In this document: one piece after another, positions 13,787 through 23,603 of the stretch
How positions within the stretch are numbered: the first letter of the stretch is position 1
How the letters are laid out: every line of letters starts with the position of its first letter
DNA from: an uncultured Actinomycetota bacterium
Lineage (GTDB): Bacteria; Actinomycetota; Actinomycetes; JAHEKZ01
Direction of reading: 5' to 3'
DNA: 64,000 nt
Assembly: GCA_963718235.1 (NCBI GenBank)
Contig: CAVQYR010000001.1
Location: forward strand, 1,856,001 to 1,920,000
Position numbers and translations under genes: made by a program
Notes under the pieces: generated by a model
What the model was told of the DNA's origin: nothing
What the model saw: the letters and a program-made list of their open reading frames with translations, nothing else
The model's database searches: none

Positions 13787-13845
13787 GACCTGGGTACCTG
13801 CTCTGACACATCACGTGTCCAGGCCCACGATGAAGGGACTCCCCC

Positions 13846-14676
13846 ATGCGAAGCCGACTCCTGACCCGCGCTGCTGCAGCAGCCGCTGGCGCCGCCGTGC
13901 TCCCGGCCGCGCTGGTGCTCGGCGCGACTCCCGCGTCCGCTGCGGACGACGCAGCCGTGTCGATCCTGCACGGCGTGCCCGGTGTCACGGTCGACGTCTA
14001 CGTCGACGGCGACCTGCTGCTCGAGGACTTCGAGCCGGGCACGCTCACCGACCCGCTCGCCCTTCCGGCGGCCAGCTACGAGGTGGCGATCTACGCCGCC
14101 GACGCCAAGCCCAAGTCTGACGACCCGATCATCGGGCCGGCCGACATCCCGGTGGACGCAGGGATGGACTACACCATCGCGGCGTATCTCGACGCCAAGG
14201 GCAACCCGACGGCTGGGGCCTTCGTCAACGACACCAGCACGGTGGCGGCCGGCGAGGCACGGGTTACGGTGCGCCACATCGCGGCCGCACCCGCCGTCAA
14301 CGTCGAGGCCGACGGCAACGTCCTGTTCGAGAACCTGAAGAACGGCGACGAGGCCATGGGCGACGTGCCCGCGGCGACGTACAAGGTGGCCGTGGTTCCC
14401 GCTTCCGGTGGTGCCGCTGTGCTGAAGGCCGACCTGCCGGCTGCCGAGGGTGCGAACACCATCGTGTACGCCTGGGGCTCGCTGGCCGACGACACGCTCG
14501 CCGTTGCCACTCAGGTGATCGACGGCCTGCACTCTGCACCTGGTGGCGTCCCTGCCGGTGAGGCCGGGCTCGCGTCCACCGGTGGAACCATGCCCGTGTG
14601 GAGCCTGGCCGTGGCTGGCCTGGCTGCTCTCGTGGCGCTCGCCGCCGGTGCTCGTCTGGTGCGCAGCCGCAGCTGA
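13846..14676 (+). CDS. DUF4397-domain secreted protein with C-terminal sorting signal
   Basis: Signal peptide ending ASA; two beta-rich repeats ([18 protein letters not shown] and [14 protein letters not shown]); C-terminal GVPAG + TM helix + RSRS tail. Confidence 0.8.
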   Translation: MRSRLLTRAAAAAAGAAVLPAALVLGATPASAADDAAVSILHGVPGVTVDVYVDGDLLLEDFEPGTLTDPLALPAASYEVAIYAADAKPKSDDPIIGPADIPVDAGMDYTIAAYLDAKGNPTAGAFVNDTSTVAAGEARVTVRHIAAAPAVNVEADGNVLFENLKNGDEAMGDVPAATYKVAVVPASGGAAVLKADLPAAEGANTIVYAWGSLADDTLAVATQVIDGLHSAPGGVPAGEAGLASTGGTMPVWSLAVAGLAALVALAAGARLVRSRS

Positions 14677-14708
14677 CCGAGCATCCCCGGACAGGGAGGA
14701 GATCTACG

Positions 14709-15368
14709 ATGGCCCGACACGTCGCGTCCGCCATCCTGGTCTCCTCCCTGTCGCTCGTCGTGGTCTCGCTCCTGGCGGGTCAGGCGACGAGCGACCCTTC
14801 GCCCCAGGGGTTCGGTCCACCACTGGCCTCCGACACCGACCCGAATTCCGTTGCCCCAGACCGACAGTCGCCGCGCCTCGTCGAGGCCACGGCAACGACC
14901 GGGGCCGCTCAGCGCCAACGGCCCGTCCAGGTTCGTCTCCCGTCCCTGGGCGTGGGTGCGCCGGTGGTGCCCGTGGGCGTCGCCAGCGGTGGCGACGTGC
15001 AGATCCCGCGCGACGGCGACGTGGTCGGTTGGTACCGCTTCGGGGCCCGCCCTGGCGACCCCTCCGGCTCTGCCGTGCTCGTCGGTCACCGGGACACGAT
15101 CAGCGGTGGCGCGGGTGCCTTGTTCGACCTCGACGACGTCGCGGCCGGCGATCCTGTCCTGGTCACCACCCGCACGGGCGAGACCCTTCGCTACCGGGTC
15201 ACCGCTCTGCGGTCGCTGCCCAAGCAACAGCTGCCCGCCGAACAGCTCTTCGCCCGCGAGGGTCGTCCTCGACTCACCCTGATCACCTGCGGGGGTGCCT
15301 ACCTCCCCGAGGTGGGCGGCTACCAGGACAACCTCGTGGTGACCGCGACACCGCAGGCACGGCCATGA
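14709..15368 (+). CDS. Class F sortase
   Basis: VGWY...[25 protein letters not shown] (Asn in place of the Arg); N-terminal anchor; GGAGG RBS. Confidence 0.88.
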   Translation: MARHVASAILVSSLSLVVVSLLAGQATSDPSPQGFGPPLASDTDPNSVAPDRQSPRLVEATATTGAAQRQRPVQVRLPSLGVGAPVVPVGVASGGDVQIPRDGDVVGWYRFGARPGDPSGSAVLVGHRDTISGGAGALFDLDDVAAGDPVLVTTRTGETLRYRVTALRSLPKQQLPAEQLFAREGRPRLTLITCGGAYLPEVGGYQDNLVVTATPQARP

Positions 15369-15973
15369 TCGCCGGCAGTGTCCTGACCCGACGTCCAAGT
15401 CCAGATAGCGTGGGAGTCGTGGACGTCCGAGAAGATGCCGACGTCGCCGCCGCGTTCCGCGACGGCGAGGAGTGGGCGTTGGCCGCGGCCTACGAGCGGT
15501 GGTCCAAGCTGGTCTACTCGGTGGCCGTGCGCTCGCTCGGGAACAGCCACGACGCCGAGGACATCACCCAGGTGGTCTTCGTGGCCGCCTGGCGCGGCCG
15601 GCACGGTTTCGACCCCGGGCATGGCAGCCTGGCCGGATGGCTGATGGGGATCACCCGGAACAAGGTCGCCGACCGCTGGGGGGCCAAGGAACGCGAGCGA
15701 CGCGCCACCGAGGCGGCCCTGGGTGCATCCGAAACCACCCCACTGGCCGAAGGGGGGGTCGAGGGGATCGCTGACCGGGTGCTGCTCACCGACGAGCTGG
15801 CTCGGCTCGGCCAGCCTCAACGCAAGATCCTGGAGCTCGCGTTCTACCAGGACCTGACCCACGCGCAGATCGCCAGCCTGCTGTCGCTGCCTCTGGGAAC
15901 GGTCAAGAGCCACATCCGACGCAGTCTCGAACGGCTACGCAGCAGATTGGAGGTCGACGGTGCCGCACTGTGA
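15365..15973 (+). CDS. ECF RNA polymerase sigma factor (SigK-like); alternative leaderless start GTG 15419
   Basis: [14 protein letters not shown] (region 2), [21 protein letters not shown] (region 4). Confidence 0.9.
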   Translation: MIAGSVLTRRPSPDSVGVVDVREDADVAAAFRDGEEWALAAAYERWSKLVYSVAVRSLGNSHDAEDITQVVFVAAWRGRHGFDPGHGSLAGWLMGITRNKVADRWGAKERERRATEAALGASETTPLAEGGVEGIADRVLLTDELARLGQPQRKILELAFYQDLTHAQIASLLSLPLGTVKSHIRRSLERLRSRLEVDGAAL

Positions 15974-16670
15974 CCCAGAGCTCATCGCCTTGCGTGCACT
16001 CGGCGAGGACGCCGGGACCTCCGAGGACGACCAGCACCTGGGCACCTGCGCCCGGTGCCAGGCCGAGCTGGATCAGCTGAGCGCCATCGTCGCCACCAGC
16101 CGCACCCTGGACCCGGCCGAGCCGTTGCCGAACCCTCCCCCTGCGGTGTGGGAGCGGATCAACGCCGAGCTCGCCGGTGACCAGGCGGCTGCCCATGACC
16201 CAACCGGGGTCGTGACCCCGTTGCGGCCGCGGCGGCGCTGGTCGACCGGACTGCTCGTAGCCGCCTCGGTCGCCTCGCTCGTGGCCGGGGTGGTGGCTGC
16301 GGTGGTCGTCACCGGCGGCGCCGACGACCAGGCCACCGGCTCGATCGTCGCCTCGACCAGTCTGGAGCCGCTCGAGGACCGCTCCGGAACGGGGGTCGCC
16401 GAGGTCGTCAAGGCATCGGGGGCCAAGACCCTGCACGTCGACGCCACCGGACTGAGCGGTGGCGACGGGTTCTACGAGGTGTGGCTGATCGACCCCGACA
16501 CATTCGAGATGGTCGGGCTCGGCGTGCTCGACGGCCCCCAGGGTGACTTCGCGGTGCCCGCGGGACTGGACCTCGAACGCTTCTCCGTCGTCGACGTCTC
16601 CCTCGAGCCTTTCGACGGCGACCCCGCGCACTCCAAGGACTCCGTCGTGCGAGGCCAGCTGTCGGTCTGA
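15960..16670 (+). CDS. Zinc-binding anti-sigma factor (RskA-like)
   Basis: ZAS motif HLGTCARC, single TM helix, C-terminal FYEVWLI..VDVSLEP..HS..SVVRG. Confidence 0.88.
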   Translation: MPHCDPELIALRALGEDAGTSEDDQHLGTCARCQAELDQLSAIVATSRTLDPAEPLPNPPPAVWERINAELAGDQAAAHDPTGVVTPLRPRRRWSTGLLVAASVASLVAGVVAAVVVTGGADDQATGSIVASTSLEPLEDRSGTGVAEVVKASGAKTLHVDATGLSGGDGFYEVWLIDPDTFEMVGLGVLDGPQGDFAVPAGLDLERFSVVDVSLEPFDGDPAHSKDSVVRGQLSV

Positions 16671-16685
16671 CAGCATGACGTCGTC

Positions 16686-17687
16686 ATGACCACTGGCGTC
16701 GCCACAGCATCGCGCACCCCGACCGTGCCCGGGCCGGTCGGGTCGTGGACCAGGCGGATCCTCCTGGCCAACGTCGTCGCCCAGGTCGCCATCGTCGTGA
16801 CCGGCGGTCTCGTGCGGCTGACCGGCTCCGGCCTGGGTTGCCCCACCTGGCCGGAGTGCACCGACGGCAGCCTCGTTCCGGTCGCCAACCAGGTCGAGGG
16901 CGTGCACAAGCTGATCGAGTTCGGCAACCGCACCCTGACCGGCGTGCTCGTGGTCGTCGCAGGCCTGGCTCTCCTGGCGGTCAGCCGAGGATGGTGGTCC
17001 CGGTTCCTGGGCGGTCCCAGCGGCCCGGTCCGCCGACCGTTGGTGCTCCTGGCCTCGATCGTCGTCATCGGCATCTTCGCGCAGGCCGTTCTCGGGGGGA
17101 TCACGGTGCTGGTGGGGCTGCACCCGCTGACGGTGGCGGGGCACTTCCTCTTGTCGATGGCCGTGATCGCTGCCGCCTTCATCCTGTACGCCAAGGGCAA
17201 CGAGCGCGGCGACGGCGTCATGGTCTTGACCGTGCGACGGGAGCTGCGGGTGCTCGCGGGGATCCTGGTCGCCGTTGCGGTGGTGGTCCTCGCCCTCGGG
17301 ACGCTGGTCACCGGCAGCGGTCCGCACTCGGGCGACGCCGACGCCGTCGTGCGACTCCCCCTCGACCCCCGAATGGTCAGCTGGCTGCACGCCGACGTGG
17401 TCATCGCGTTCGTCGGGCTGTCGGCCGCGTTCTGGCTGGGTGCCCGGCTGACCTCGGCCCCGGCTCGAGCCCGACGGGCGGCACTGCTCCTGCTGCTCGC
17501 GTGCCTGCTGCAGGGCGCCATCGGGTACACCCAGTACTTCACCGACCTGCCGCGAGTGCTCGTCGCGGCGCACATGCTCGGCGCCTGCCTGGTGTGGGTG
17601 GCCACCTTGTCCGTGTGGCTGTCGACGCGGACCCCGCAGGGTGCCAGCGGGGTCACGACCGCTCCCAGCGGGTCAGTCGTCGGCTGA
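16686..17687 (+). CDS. ctaA: Heme A synthase (COX15/CtaA)
   Basis: TGGLVRLTGSGLGCPTWPEC, IEFGNR, conserved His residues, multiple TM helices. Confidence 0.92.
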   Translation: MTTGVATASRTPTVPGPVGSWTRRILLANVVAQVAIVVTGGLVRLTGSGLGCPTWPECTDGSLVPVANQVEGVHKLIEFGNRTLTGVLVVVAGLALLAVSRGWWSRFLGGPSGPVRRPLVLLASIVVIGIFAQAVLGGITVLVGLHPLTVAGHFLLSMAVIAAAFILYAKGNERGDGVMVLTVRRELRVLAGILVAVAVVVLALGTLVTGSGPHSGDADAVVRLPLDPRMVSWLHADVVIAFVGLSAAFWLGARLTSAPARARRAALLLLLACLLQGAIGYTQYFTDLPRVLVAAHMLGACLVWVATLSVWLSTRTPQGASGVTTAPSGSVVG

Positions 17688-18311
17688 GTCGGCCCCGTCC
17701 TCGTCTCCGCTGGTCTCGACCCGGGCCGTCGGCACCCCACTCACGCAGCGCACGTGCAGCTGGACCTCGAGTGACCCGCTCTCGAAGGTCACCTCGACGT
17801 CATCGGCCGGTCCTCGGTCCACCTCGTGCACCGAGAAGCCGGGAGCGGGGCTCCAGGACTTCAGGTAGACCGAGCCGGAGGAGCAGGTCGCCACGACACT
17901 CCCGCCGCGCGACCCCAGGGACCGGGTCACCGACGTCGGGCCCGTCGACTGCTTGCCGCCTGAGGAAGGCGCGGTCGTCGGTGACTGCGACGGTCGTGTT
18001 CCGCTGGTGGCGGAGGATGAGGCGGTCGGGGCCGACGACGGTGCCGACGACGGGGACGAGAGATGCGTCGCGCCGGGGCGGCTGCTGTGGCTCGGCGAGG
18101 GATCCGAGGAGGGCGAGGTAGCGGTCGAGCCGGTGGACGACGTCGCCATGAGCGTGGCGGACGCCAGCTCGGCGGTGACCTGCTCCTCCGAGAGCGCGGA
18201 GGCGGCCGGACTGGTCACCGCGTCACGAACCACCCCCACCGCACCGAGGCCGGTTGCCACCGCGGTGACCGTGAAGGCCCCCCAGAGCACCGCTGTGGTC
18301 GACTGCCGCAT
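17673..18311 (-). CDS. Ser/Thr/Pro-rich exported or membrane-anchored hypothetical protein
   Basis: N-terminal hydrophobic segment, low-complexity S/T/P linker, C-terminal domain GGSVVATC..YLKSWSPAPGF..VEVTFE..C. Confidence 0.7.
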   Translation of the reverse strand: MRQSTTAVLWGAFTVTAVATGLGAVGVVRDAVTSPAASALSEEQVTAELASATLMATSSTGSTATSPSSDPSPSHSSRPGATHLSSPSSAPSSAPTASSSATSGTRPSQSPTTAPSSGGKQSTGPTSVTRSLGSRGGSVVATCSSGSVYLKSWSPAPGFSVHEVDRGPADDVEVTFESGSLEVQLHVRCVSGVPTARVETSGDEDGADSADD

Positions 18312-18347
18312 GGCGACCACTGTGCCTCACCGCCCCACGAGACTGCG

Positions 18348-18374
18348 CTAAGCCGCCCTTAACGCAGCGTCAAC
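18348..18374. promoter_or_regulatory. Three phased direct-repeat half-sites (CTAAG / TTAAC / TCAAC, 11-bp period), putative response-regulator box
   Basis: Half-sites at 18348, 18359 and 18370 in the 75-bp divergent gap, abutting the TACGGT -10 (18375-18380) of the response regulator. Confidence 0.5.
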
Positions 18375-18386
18375 TACGGTGGCGAC

Positions 18387-19073
18387 GTGGCCCACGTGCT
18401 CGTCGTCGAGGACGACCCCCAGATCCGATCGGCGGTCCTGCGGGCCCTCGGTGACCGGGGCCACGCCGTCTCGTCGGCCCCTGATGCCATGACCGGGCTC
18501 CGCGAGGCGGTGGACACCGGGCCCGACCTCGTGGTGTTGGACCTCGGGCTCCCCGACCTCGACGGGATCGAGCTGCTCCGGATGCTGCGGGCCGTGAGCA
18601 CCGTCCCGGTCATCGTGGCCACGGCCCGCGACGAGGACACGATGGTGGTGCGGGCCCTCGACGCCGGCGCCGACGACTACGTCGTCAAGCCGTACAGCGC
18701 CGAACAGCTCGACGCCCGGATCCGGGCGGTCCTGCGCCGCACGGCGGCCGGAGAGGACGACGACCCCGTGCTCACCGTGGGTGACCTGCGGATCGACAGC
18801 AGGGCCCGAGTGGCGACCCTTGGCGAGGACGAGCTGGAGCTCAGCCCACGGGAGTTCGACCTCCTTGCCTACCTGGCGGCCAGCCCGGGGCGTGTGGTCA
18901 CCAAGAAGGAGCTGCTCACTGAGGTGTGGCGACTCCCTTACGGGGGCGCCGACAAGACCGTCGACGTCCACCTGTCCTGGCTGCGGCGCAAGCTCGGCGA
19001 GACCGCATCGGACCCACGGTTCCTGATCACGGTCCGCGGAGTGGGCGTCAAGCTCGTGGACCCCCGCGGCTGA
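18387..19073 (+). CDS. OmpR-family response regulator
   Basis: VLVVEDD, VLDLGLPDLDG, GADDYVVKP, winged-helix VDVHLSWLRRKL..TVRGVG. Confidence 0.95.
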   Translation: MAHVLVVEDDPQIRSAVLRALGDRGHAVSSAPDAMTGLREAVDTGPDLVVLDLGLPDLDGIELLRMLRAVSTVPVIVATARDEDTMVVRALDAGADDYVVKPYSAEQLDARIRAVLRRTAAGEDDDPVLTVGDLRIDSRARVATLGEDELELSPREFDLLAYLAASPGRVVTKKELLTEVWRLPYGGADKTVDVHLSWLRRKLGETASDPRFLITVRGVGVKLVDPRG

Positions 19074-19082
19074 CGACCGACG

Positions 19083-20357
19083 ATGCGGCAACGGATCCTG
19101 CTCACGGTGGCTGCGGCGACCGGCCTGGTGCTCCTGGCGTTCCTGCTGCCCCTCGCCGTTCTCGTGCAGGACGTGGCCGAGAACCGCGCGTCCAACGCGG
19201 CCACCCTCACCCTGCAGCCGCTGGTCCCCCTGGTCGGCTCCTTCGACACCGCGAGCGTTCGGCTGGCCGTCGACCAGGTCAACGCCGCAGCGGACTTCCC
19301 AGTCACCGTGTTCATGCCCGACGGGAAGGTCATCGGGGCACCGGCCACCCGCTCGGCCGCGGTCGACCTCGCGGCCACCGGGCAGTCGCTCACCGCGGAG
19401 ACCGACGGCGGCCGGGAGGTCCTGGTCCCCGTCATCGGAAGCCAGACCGCGGTGGTCCGGGTGTTCGTCCCGGATGCCGAGCTGCACGAGGGCGTGGAGC
19501 GGGCCCGGGTCGTGCTCGTGCTGCTCGGTGTGGTCCTGATGGGGCTGGCCCTGCTCGTCGGTGATGCGGTCGCGCGTTCCTTCCTGCGGCCGGTCCGCAA
19601 CCTGGCGCAGACGGCCGACGAGCTCGCCAGCGGCGACCTGACCGCTCGGGCCACCCCCGACGGCCCCGCAGAGACCCGGGCCGTGGCCCGAGCGATGAAC
19701 CGCCTGGCCCAGCGGATCACCGTGCTGCTGGCCGCCGAGCGTGAGGCCGTCGCCGACCTGTCCCACCGCCTACGTACCCCGGTCACCGCGCTGCGGCTGG
19801 ATGCCGAGGGACTCGTCCGGCCGGAGGAGCGGGCGCGGCTGCTCGATGACGTCGCCGCCCTGTCCCGATCGGTCGACGACGTGATCCGCGAGGCCCGGCG
19901 ACCGGTCCGCGAGGGTGGGGGCGAGGGCTGCGACGCGGTCGAGGTCGTCACCGACCGGGTGCGCTTCTGGGCGGTCCTGGCCGAGGACACCGAGCGCGCG
20001 ATGACCGTGGACCTCCCGGTGCAGCCCCTGGCCGTCGCCTGCAGCGCCGAGGACCTCGCCGGGTCGGTCGACGCGCTGCTGGGCAACGTGTTCGCCCATA
20101 CCGGCGACGGCACGCCCTTCTCCGTGCGGCTGCAGAGCCGGGCGGGTGGCGGTGCCCGGTTGACCGTGTCCGACCGGGGCGTCGGCTGGCCGTCCCCAGA
20201 CGTCGTCGAGCGAGGGGTGTCCAACGTCGGCTCGACCGGGCTGGGCCTGGACATCGCCCGGCGCACCGCCGAGGTGTCCGGGGGGTCGCTGCTCCTGACC
20301 GGCACCACCGGCGGCGGCGCCACCATCACCCTTGATCTGGGCGCACCCGACGGGTGA
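19083..20357 (+). CDS. HAMP-domain sensor histidine kinase
   Basis: Two TM helices, HAMP domain, H-box DLSHRLRTP, LLGNVFAH, VSDRGVG, STGLGLDIA. Confidence 0.93.
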   Translation: MRQRILLTVAAATGLVLLAFLLPLAVLVQDVAENRASNAATLTLQPLVPLVGSFDTASVRLAVDQVNAAADFPVTVFMPDGKVIGAPATRSAAVDLAATGQSLTAETDGGREVLVPVIGSQTAVVRVFVPDAELHEGVERARVVLVLLGVVLMGLALLVGDAVARSFLRPVRNLAQTADELASGDLTARATPDGPAETRAVARAMNRLAQRITVLLAAEREAVADLSHRLRTPVTALRLDAEGLVRPEERARLLDDVAALSRSVDDVIREARRPVREGGGEGCDAVEVVTDRVRFWAVLAEDTERAMTVDLPVQPLAVACSAEDLAGSVDALLGNVFAHTGDGTPFSVRLQSRAGGGARLTVSDRGVGWPSPDVVERGVSNVGSTGLGLDIARRTAEVSGGSLLLTGTTGGGATITLDLGAPDG

Positions 20358-20372
20358 CCACCGGTCCGAGGC

Positions 20373-21335
20373 TCAGGAGAGCCAGTGGGCCAGCAACGGG
20401 TCGAGTCCGACGGCGGCGAAGAGCAGGGTCAGGTACGTGATCGAGTAGTGGAACAGCCGCATGGGACGCAGTGCGGCGTCGGTCAGGCCGGCTCGCACCC
20501 GACGGCGCAGCCCGTACGCCTCGTTGAGGAACAGTGCCCCGAGCACCACGGCGACCACCGCGTACGCCGGTGTCATCGGGGCCACGGGCCACAGGGCCAG
20601 CGAGGCCGCGACCATGGCCCAGCTGTGGCCCACCGTGCGACGAGCGACCACTTCTGGCTCGGCGACCACGGGAAGCATGGGTACTCCGGCGGCGGCGTAG
20701 TCGTCGCGGAAGCGCAGGGCGAGTGACCAGAAGTGGGGTGGAGTCCACCAGAAGACCACGAGGAACAGGACCACTGCGGGCCACGCGAGCGAACCCGTGA
20801 CGGCGGCCCACCCGATCAGCACCGGCATGCAGCCGGCAGCTCCACCCCACACGATGTTCGACGGGGTGCGTCGTTTGAGGCCGAGGGTGTACACGAAGAC
20901 GTAGAAGGCGATCGCCGCAACCGTCAGCAGGGTGGCCAGAGGGTTGACGAGCGCGAGCATCACGACCGTCGAGAGGACACCGAGCACCAGGCCGAAGATC
21001 AGCGCCTCGCGCGGCGACACGACAGCGGTGGCCAGCGGACGGCGCCCGGTGCGGTTCATCACGACATCGATGTCGCGGTCGACGTAGCAGTTCAGGGCGT
21101 TGGCGCTGCCCGCCGCCAGCGACCCGCCGACCAGGGTGGCGAAGACCAGCCCCCACCCCGGTACCCCGTCGGCCGCCAGGAACATGGTCGGCACCGTCGT
21201 CACCAGCAGCAGCTCGATGATCCGGGGCTTAGTGAGGGCCACATAGGCCGCGATGGTGGTGCGCACCGACCGACGCGACCCATTGGCAGACCCAGTGGCA
21301 GACCCAGCGGCCGACCGGGAGTCCAGCGCGGTCAC
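20373..21335 (-). CDS. ctaB: Protoheme IX farnesyltransferase (heme o synthase)
   Basis: [54 protein letters not shown]. Confidence 0.95.
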   Translation of the reverse strand: MTALDSRSAAGSATGSANGSRRSVRTTIAAYVALTKPRIIELLLVTTVPTMFLAADGVPGWGLVFATLVGGSLAAGSANALNCYVDRDIDVVMNRTGRRPLATAVVSPREALIFGLVLGVLSTVVMLALVNPLATLLTVAAIAFYVFVYTLGLKRRTPSNIVWGGAAGCMPVLIGWAAVTGSLAWPAVVLFLVVFWWTPPHFWSLALRFRDDYAAAGVPMLPVVAEPEVVARRTVGHSWAMVAASLALWPVAPMTPAYAVVAVVLGALFLNEAYGLRRRVRAGLTDAALRPMRLFHYSITYLTLLFAAVGLDPLLAHWLS

Positions 21336-21467
21336 ACACACCTCAGGTCGGTCGCGGTTCGTCAGGGGCGGTTGCAGCGAAGCGAACGGGATCACTGTAG
21401 CCCGGTAGGCTCAGCCGGGGCGGCGAACCCCGCTCGACTCCATCCCCGAGACCTGCGAAGAGTGCCC

Positions 21468-23603
21468 GTGACGTCTGTCTCCTCCACCCCTGCCCCGTCG
21501 GTCGTCAGCAGCCTTTCGTGGAGCCCCTTGGACCAGCGGGCGGTCGCCGCGGCCCGTGGTCTGGCCATGGACGCCGTGGAGCGGGTCGGCAACGGGCACC
21601 CGGGGACGGCCCTGAGCCTCGCCCCCGCCGCGTACCTCCTGTTCCAGCGTCACCTGCGGCACGACCCGTCTGACCCGACCTGGCTGGGCCGCGACCGGTT
21701 CGTGCTGTCGATGGGCCACTCCAGCCTGACCCTGTACCTGCAGCTGTTCCTCAGCGGCTACGGGCTCCAGCTGAGCGACCTGCAGGCCCTGCGCACGTGG
21801 GGCAGCCAGACGCCGGGGCACCCCGAGGTCGGACACACCGCCGGGGTGGAGACCACGACCGGCCCGCTCGGGCAGGGCGTGGCCAACGGGGTGGGCCTGG
21901 CCCTGGCCCAGCGACGGGTCCGCGGCCTCCTCGACCCCGACGCCGCGCCGGGCGCCTCTGCGTGGGACTGGTCGGTCTTCGTCCTGGCCAGCGACGGTGA
22001 CCTGCAGGAGGGGGTGAGCGCCGAGGCGTCGTCGCTGGCCGGCACCCAGCGACTGGGTCACCTGACCCTGGTCTGGGACGACAACCGGATCTCGATCGAG
22101 GACGCCACCAGCATCGCCTTCACCGAGGACGTCGTCGCCCGGTACGCGGCCTACGGGTGGCACGTCCAGGAGGTCGAGCTCGGCGCCGACGGCGATGTCG
22201 ACCTGGTCGGCCTCGACGCCGCACTCACGCTGGCCCGGGCCGAGACGTCGCGTCCGTCGTTCATCCGGCTGCGCAGCCAGATCGCCTTCCCGGCACCGCA
22301 CGCGCGGAACACCGGAAAGGCCCACGGCTCGGCGCTCGGCGCGGCCGAGGTCTCCGCGACCAAGGCAGCCCTGGGCCTCGACCCGGACGCGACGTTCGCC
22401 ATCGCCGAGGACGTCCTGGCCCACGCCCGCACCATGGTGCAGGACCGAGCGCGCCGGCTCCGCCGGTCGTGGGACCCCACCTTCGAGCGCTGGCGCGACG
22501 CCCATCCCGACCGGGCCGCGCTGGAGCAGCGGATGCGCGACCACTCCCTGCCCCTCGGCTGGGACGCCGACCTGCCGTCGTACGAGGCAGGATCCATGGT
22601 CGCCACCCGGGCGGCGTCCGGGGAGACGCTGGCCTCGGTGTCCGCACGGCTGCCCGAGCTGTGGGGCGGGTCGGCCGACCTCGCCGGGTCGAACAACACC
22701 TTCATCGCCGACGCGGCGTCCGCCCTTCCCGAGGACCGCGGGAGCGCGATGTTCCCCGGCAACCCCTACGGCCGCAACCTGCACTTCGGGATCCGTGAGC
22801 ACGCCATGGGCTCGATCCTCAACGGGATCGCCCTGGAGGGACACACCCGCCCCTACGGCGGCACCTTCGCGGTCTTCAGCGACTACATGCGTCCGGCCGT
22901 CCGGATGGCCGCGATCATGGGCCTCCCGGTGACGTACGTCTGGACGCACGACTCGATCGGCGTGGGCGAGGACGGACCGACGCACCAGCCGGTCGAGCAC
23001 GCGATGGCGCTGCGGACGATCCCCGGGCTGACCGTCGTCCGACCGGCCGACGCGAACGAGACCGTCGCAGCCTGGCGGCTGGCGCTGGACCAGTCGTCCG
23101 GCCCGGTCGGGTTGCTGCTCACCCGGCAGAACGTGCCCGTGCTGCCGGGCACCCGGCAGCTCGCCGGATCCGGAGTGGCCCGCGGCGGCTACGTCCTGCT
23201 CGACGCCGACGCAGGACAGCCCGACGTCATCGTGATCGGCACCGGCTCCGAGGTCCAGCTGGCGGTCGCCGCCCGCGACGTCCTCCAGGCCCGCGGGCTG
23301 GCCACCCGGGTCGTCTCGCTGCCCTCCTGGGAGCGGTTCTGCGCCCAGGACGCCGCCTACCGGCACTCGGTGCTCCCCCCGGCGGTCCGCGCCCGGGTCG
23401 CGGTGGAGGCCGGGGTCAGCTTCGGCTGGCGCGACCTGGTCGGTGACCACGGACGGGTGGTCGGGTTGGACCACTACGGGGCGTCGGCCGACTACGCCAC
23501 GCTGTTCCGGGAGTTCGGCATCACGACGGAGGCGGTGGTCGAGGCAGCCGAGGCGGCCCATCGCGCCAGCTCGAGTGCCGACCCGCAACGGGGCCGGGCA
23601 TGA
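21468..23603 (+). CDS. tkt: Transketolase
   Basis: GHPG, RDRFVLS.GH, TPGHPE, TTGPLGQG, SDGDLQEG, FGIREHAM, THDSIGVGEDGPTHQP; start is approximate. Confidence 0.95.
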   Translation: MTSVSSTPAPSVVSSLSWSPLDQRAVAAARGLAMDAVERVGNGHPGTALSLAPAAYLLFQRHLRHDPSDPTWLGRDRFVLSMGHSSLTLYLQLFLSGYGLQLSDLQALRTWGSQTPGHPEVGHTAGVETTTGPLGQGVANGVGLALAQRRVRGLLDPDAAPGASAWDWSVFVLASDGDLQEGVSAEASSLAGTQRLGHLTLVWDDNRISIEDATSIAFTEDVVARYAAYGWHVQEVELGADGDVDLVGLDAALTLARAETSRPSFIRLRSQIAFPAPHARNTGKAHGSALGAAEVSATKAALGLDPDATFAIAEDVLAHARTMVQDRARRLRRSWDPTFERWRDAHPDRAALEQRMRDHSLPLGWDADLPSYEAGSMVATRAASGETLASVSARLPELWGGSADLAGSNNTFIADAASALPEDRGSAMFPGNPYGRNLHFGIREHAMGSILNGIALEGHTRPYGGTFAVFSDYMRPAVRMAAIMGLPVTYVWTHDSIGVGEDGPTHQPVEHAMALRTIPGLTVVRPADANETVAAWRLALDQSSGPVGLLLTRQNVPVLPGTRQLAGSGVARGGYVLLDADAGQPDVIVIGTGSEVQLAVAARDVLQARGLATRVVSLPSWERFCAQDAAYRHSVLPPAVRARVAVEAGVSFGWRDLVGDHGRVVGLDHYGASADYATLFREFGITTEAVVEAAEAAHRASSSADPQRGRA

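Noticed and set aside
21281-21312. 12-bp tandem repeat (TGGCAGACCCAG-like) near the ctaB 5' end
   Set aside because: About 2.5 in-frame copies encoding a flexible SAxG linker; not an array or a regulatory element.
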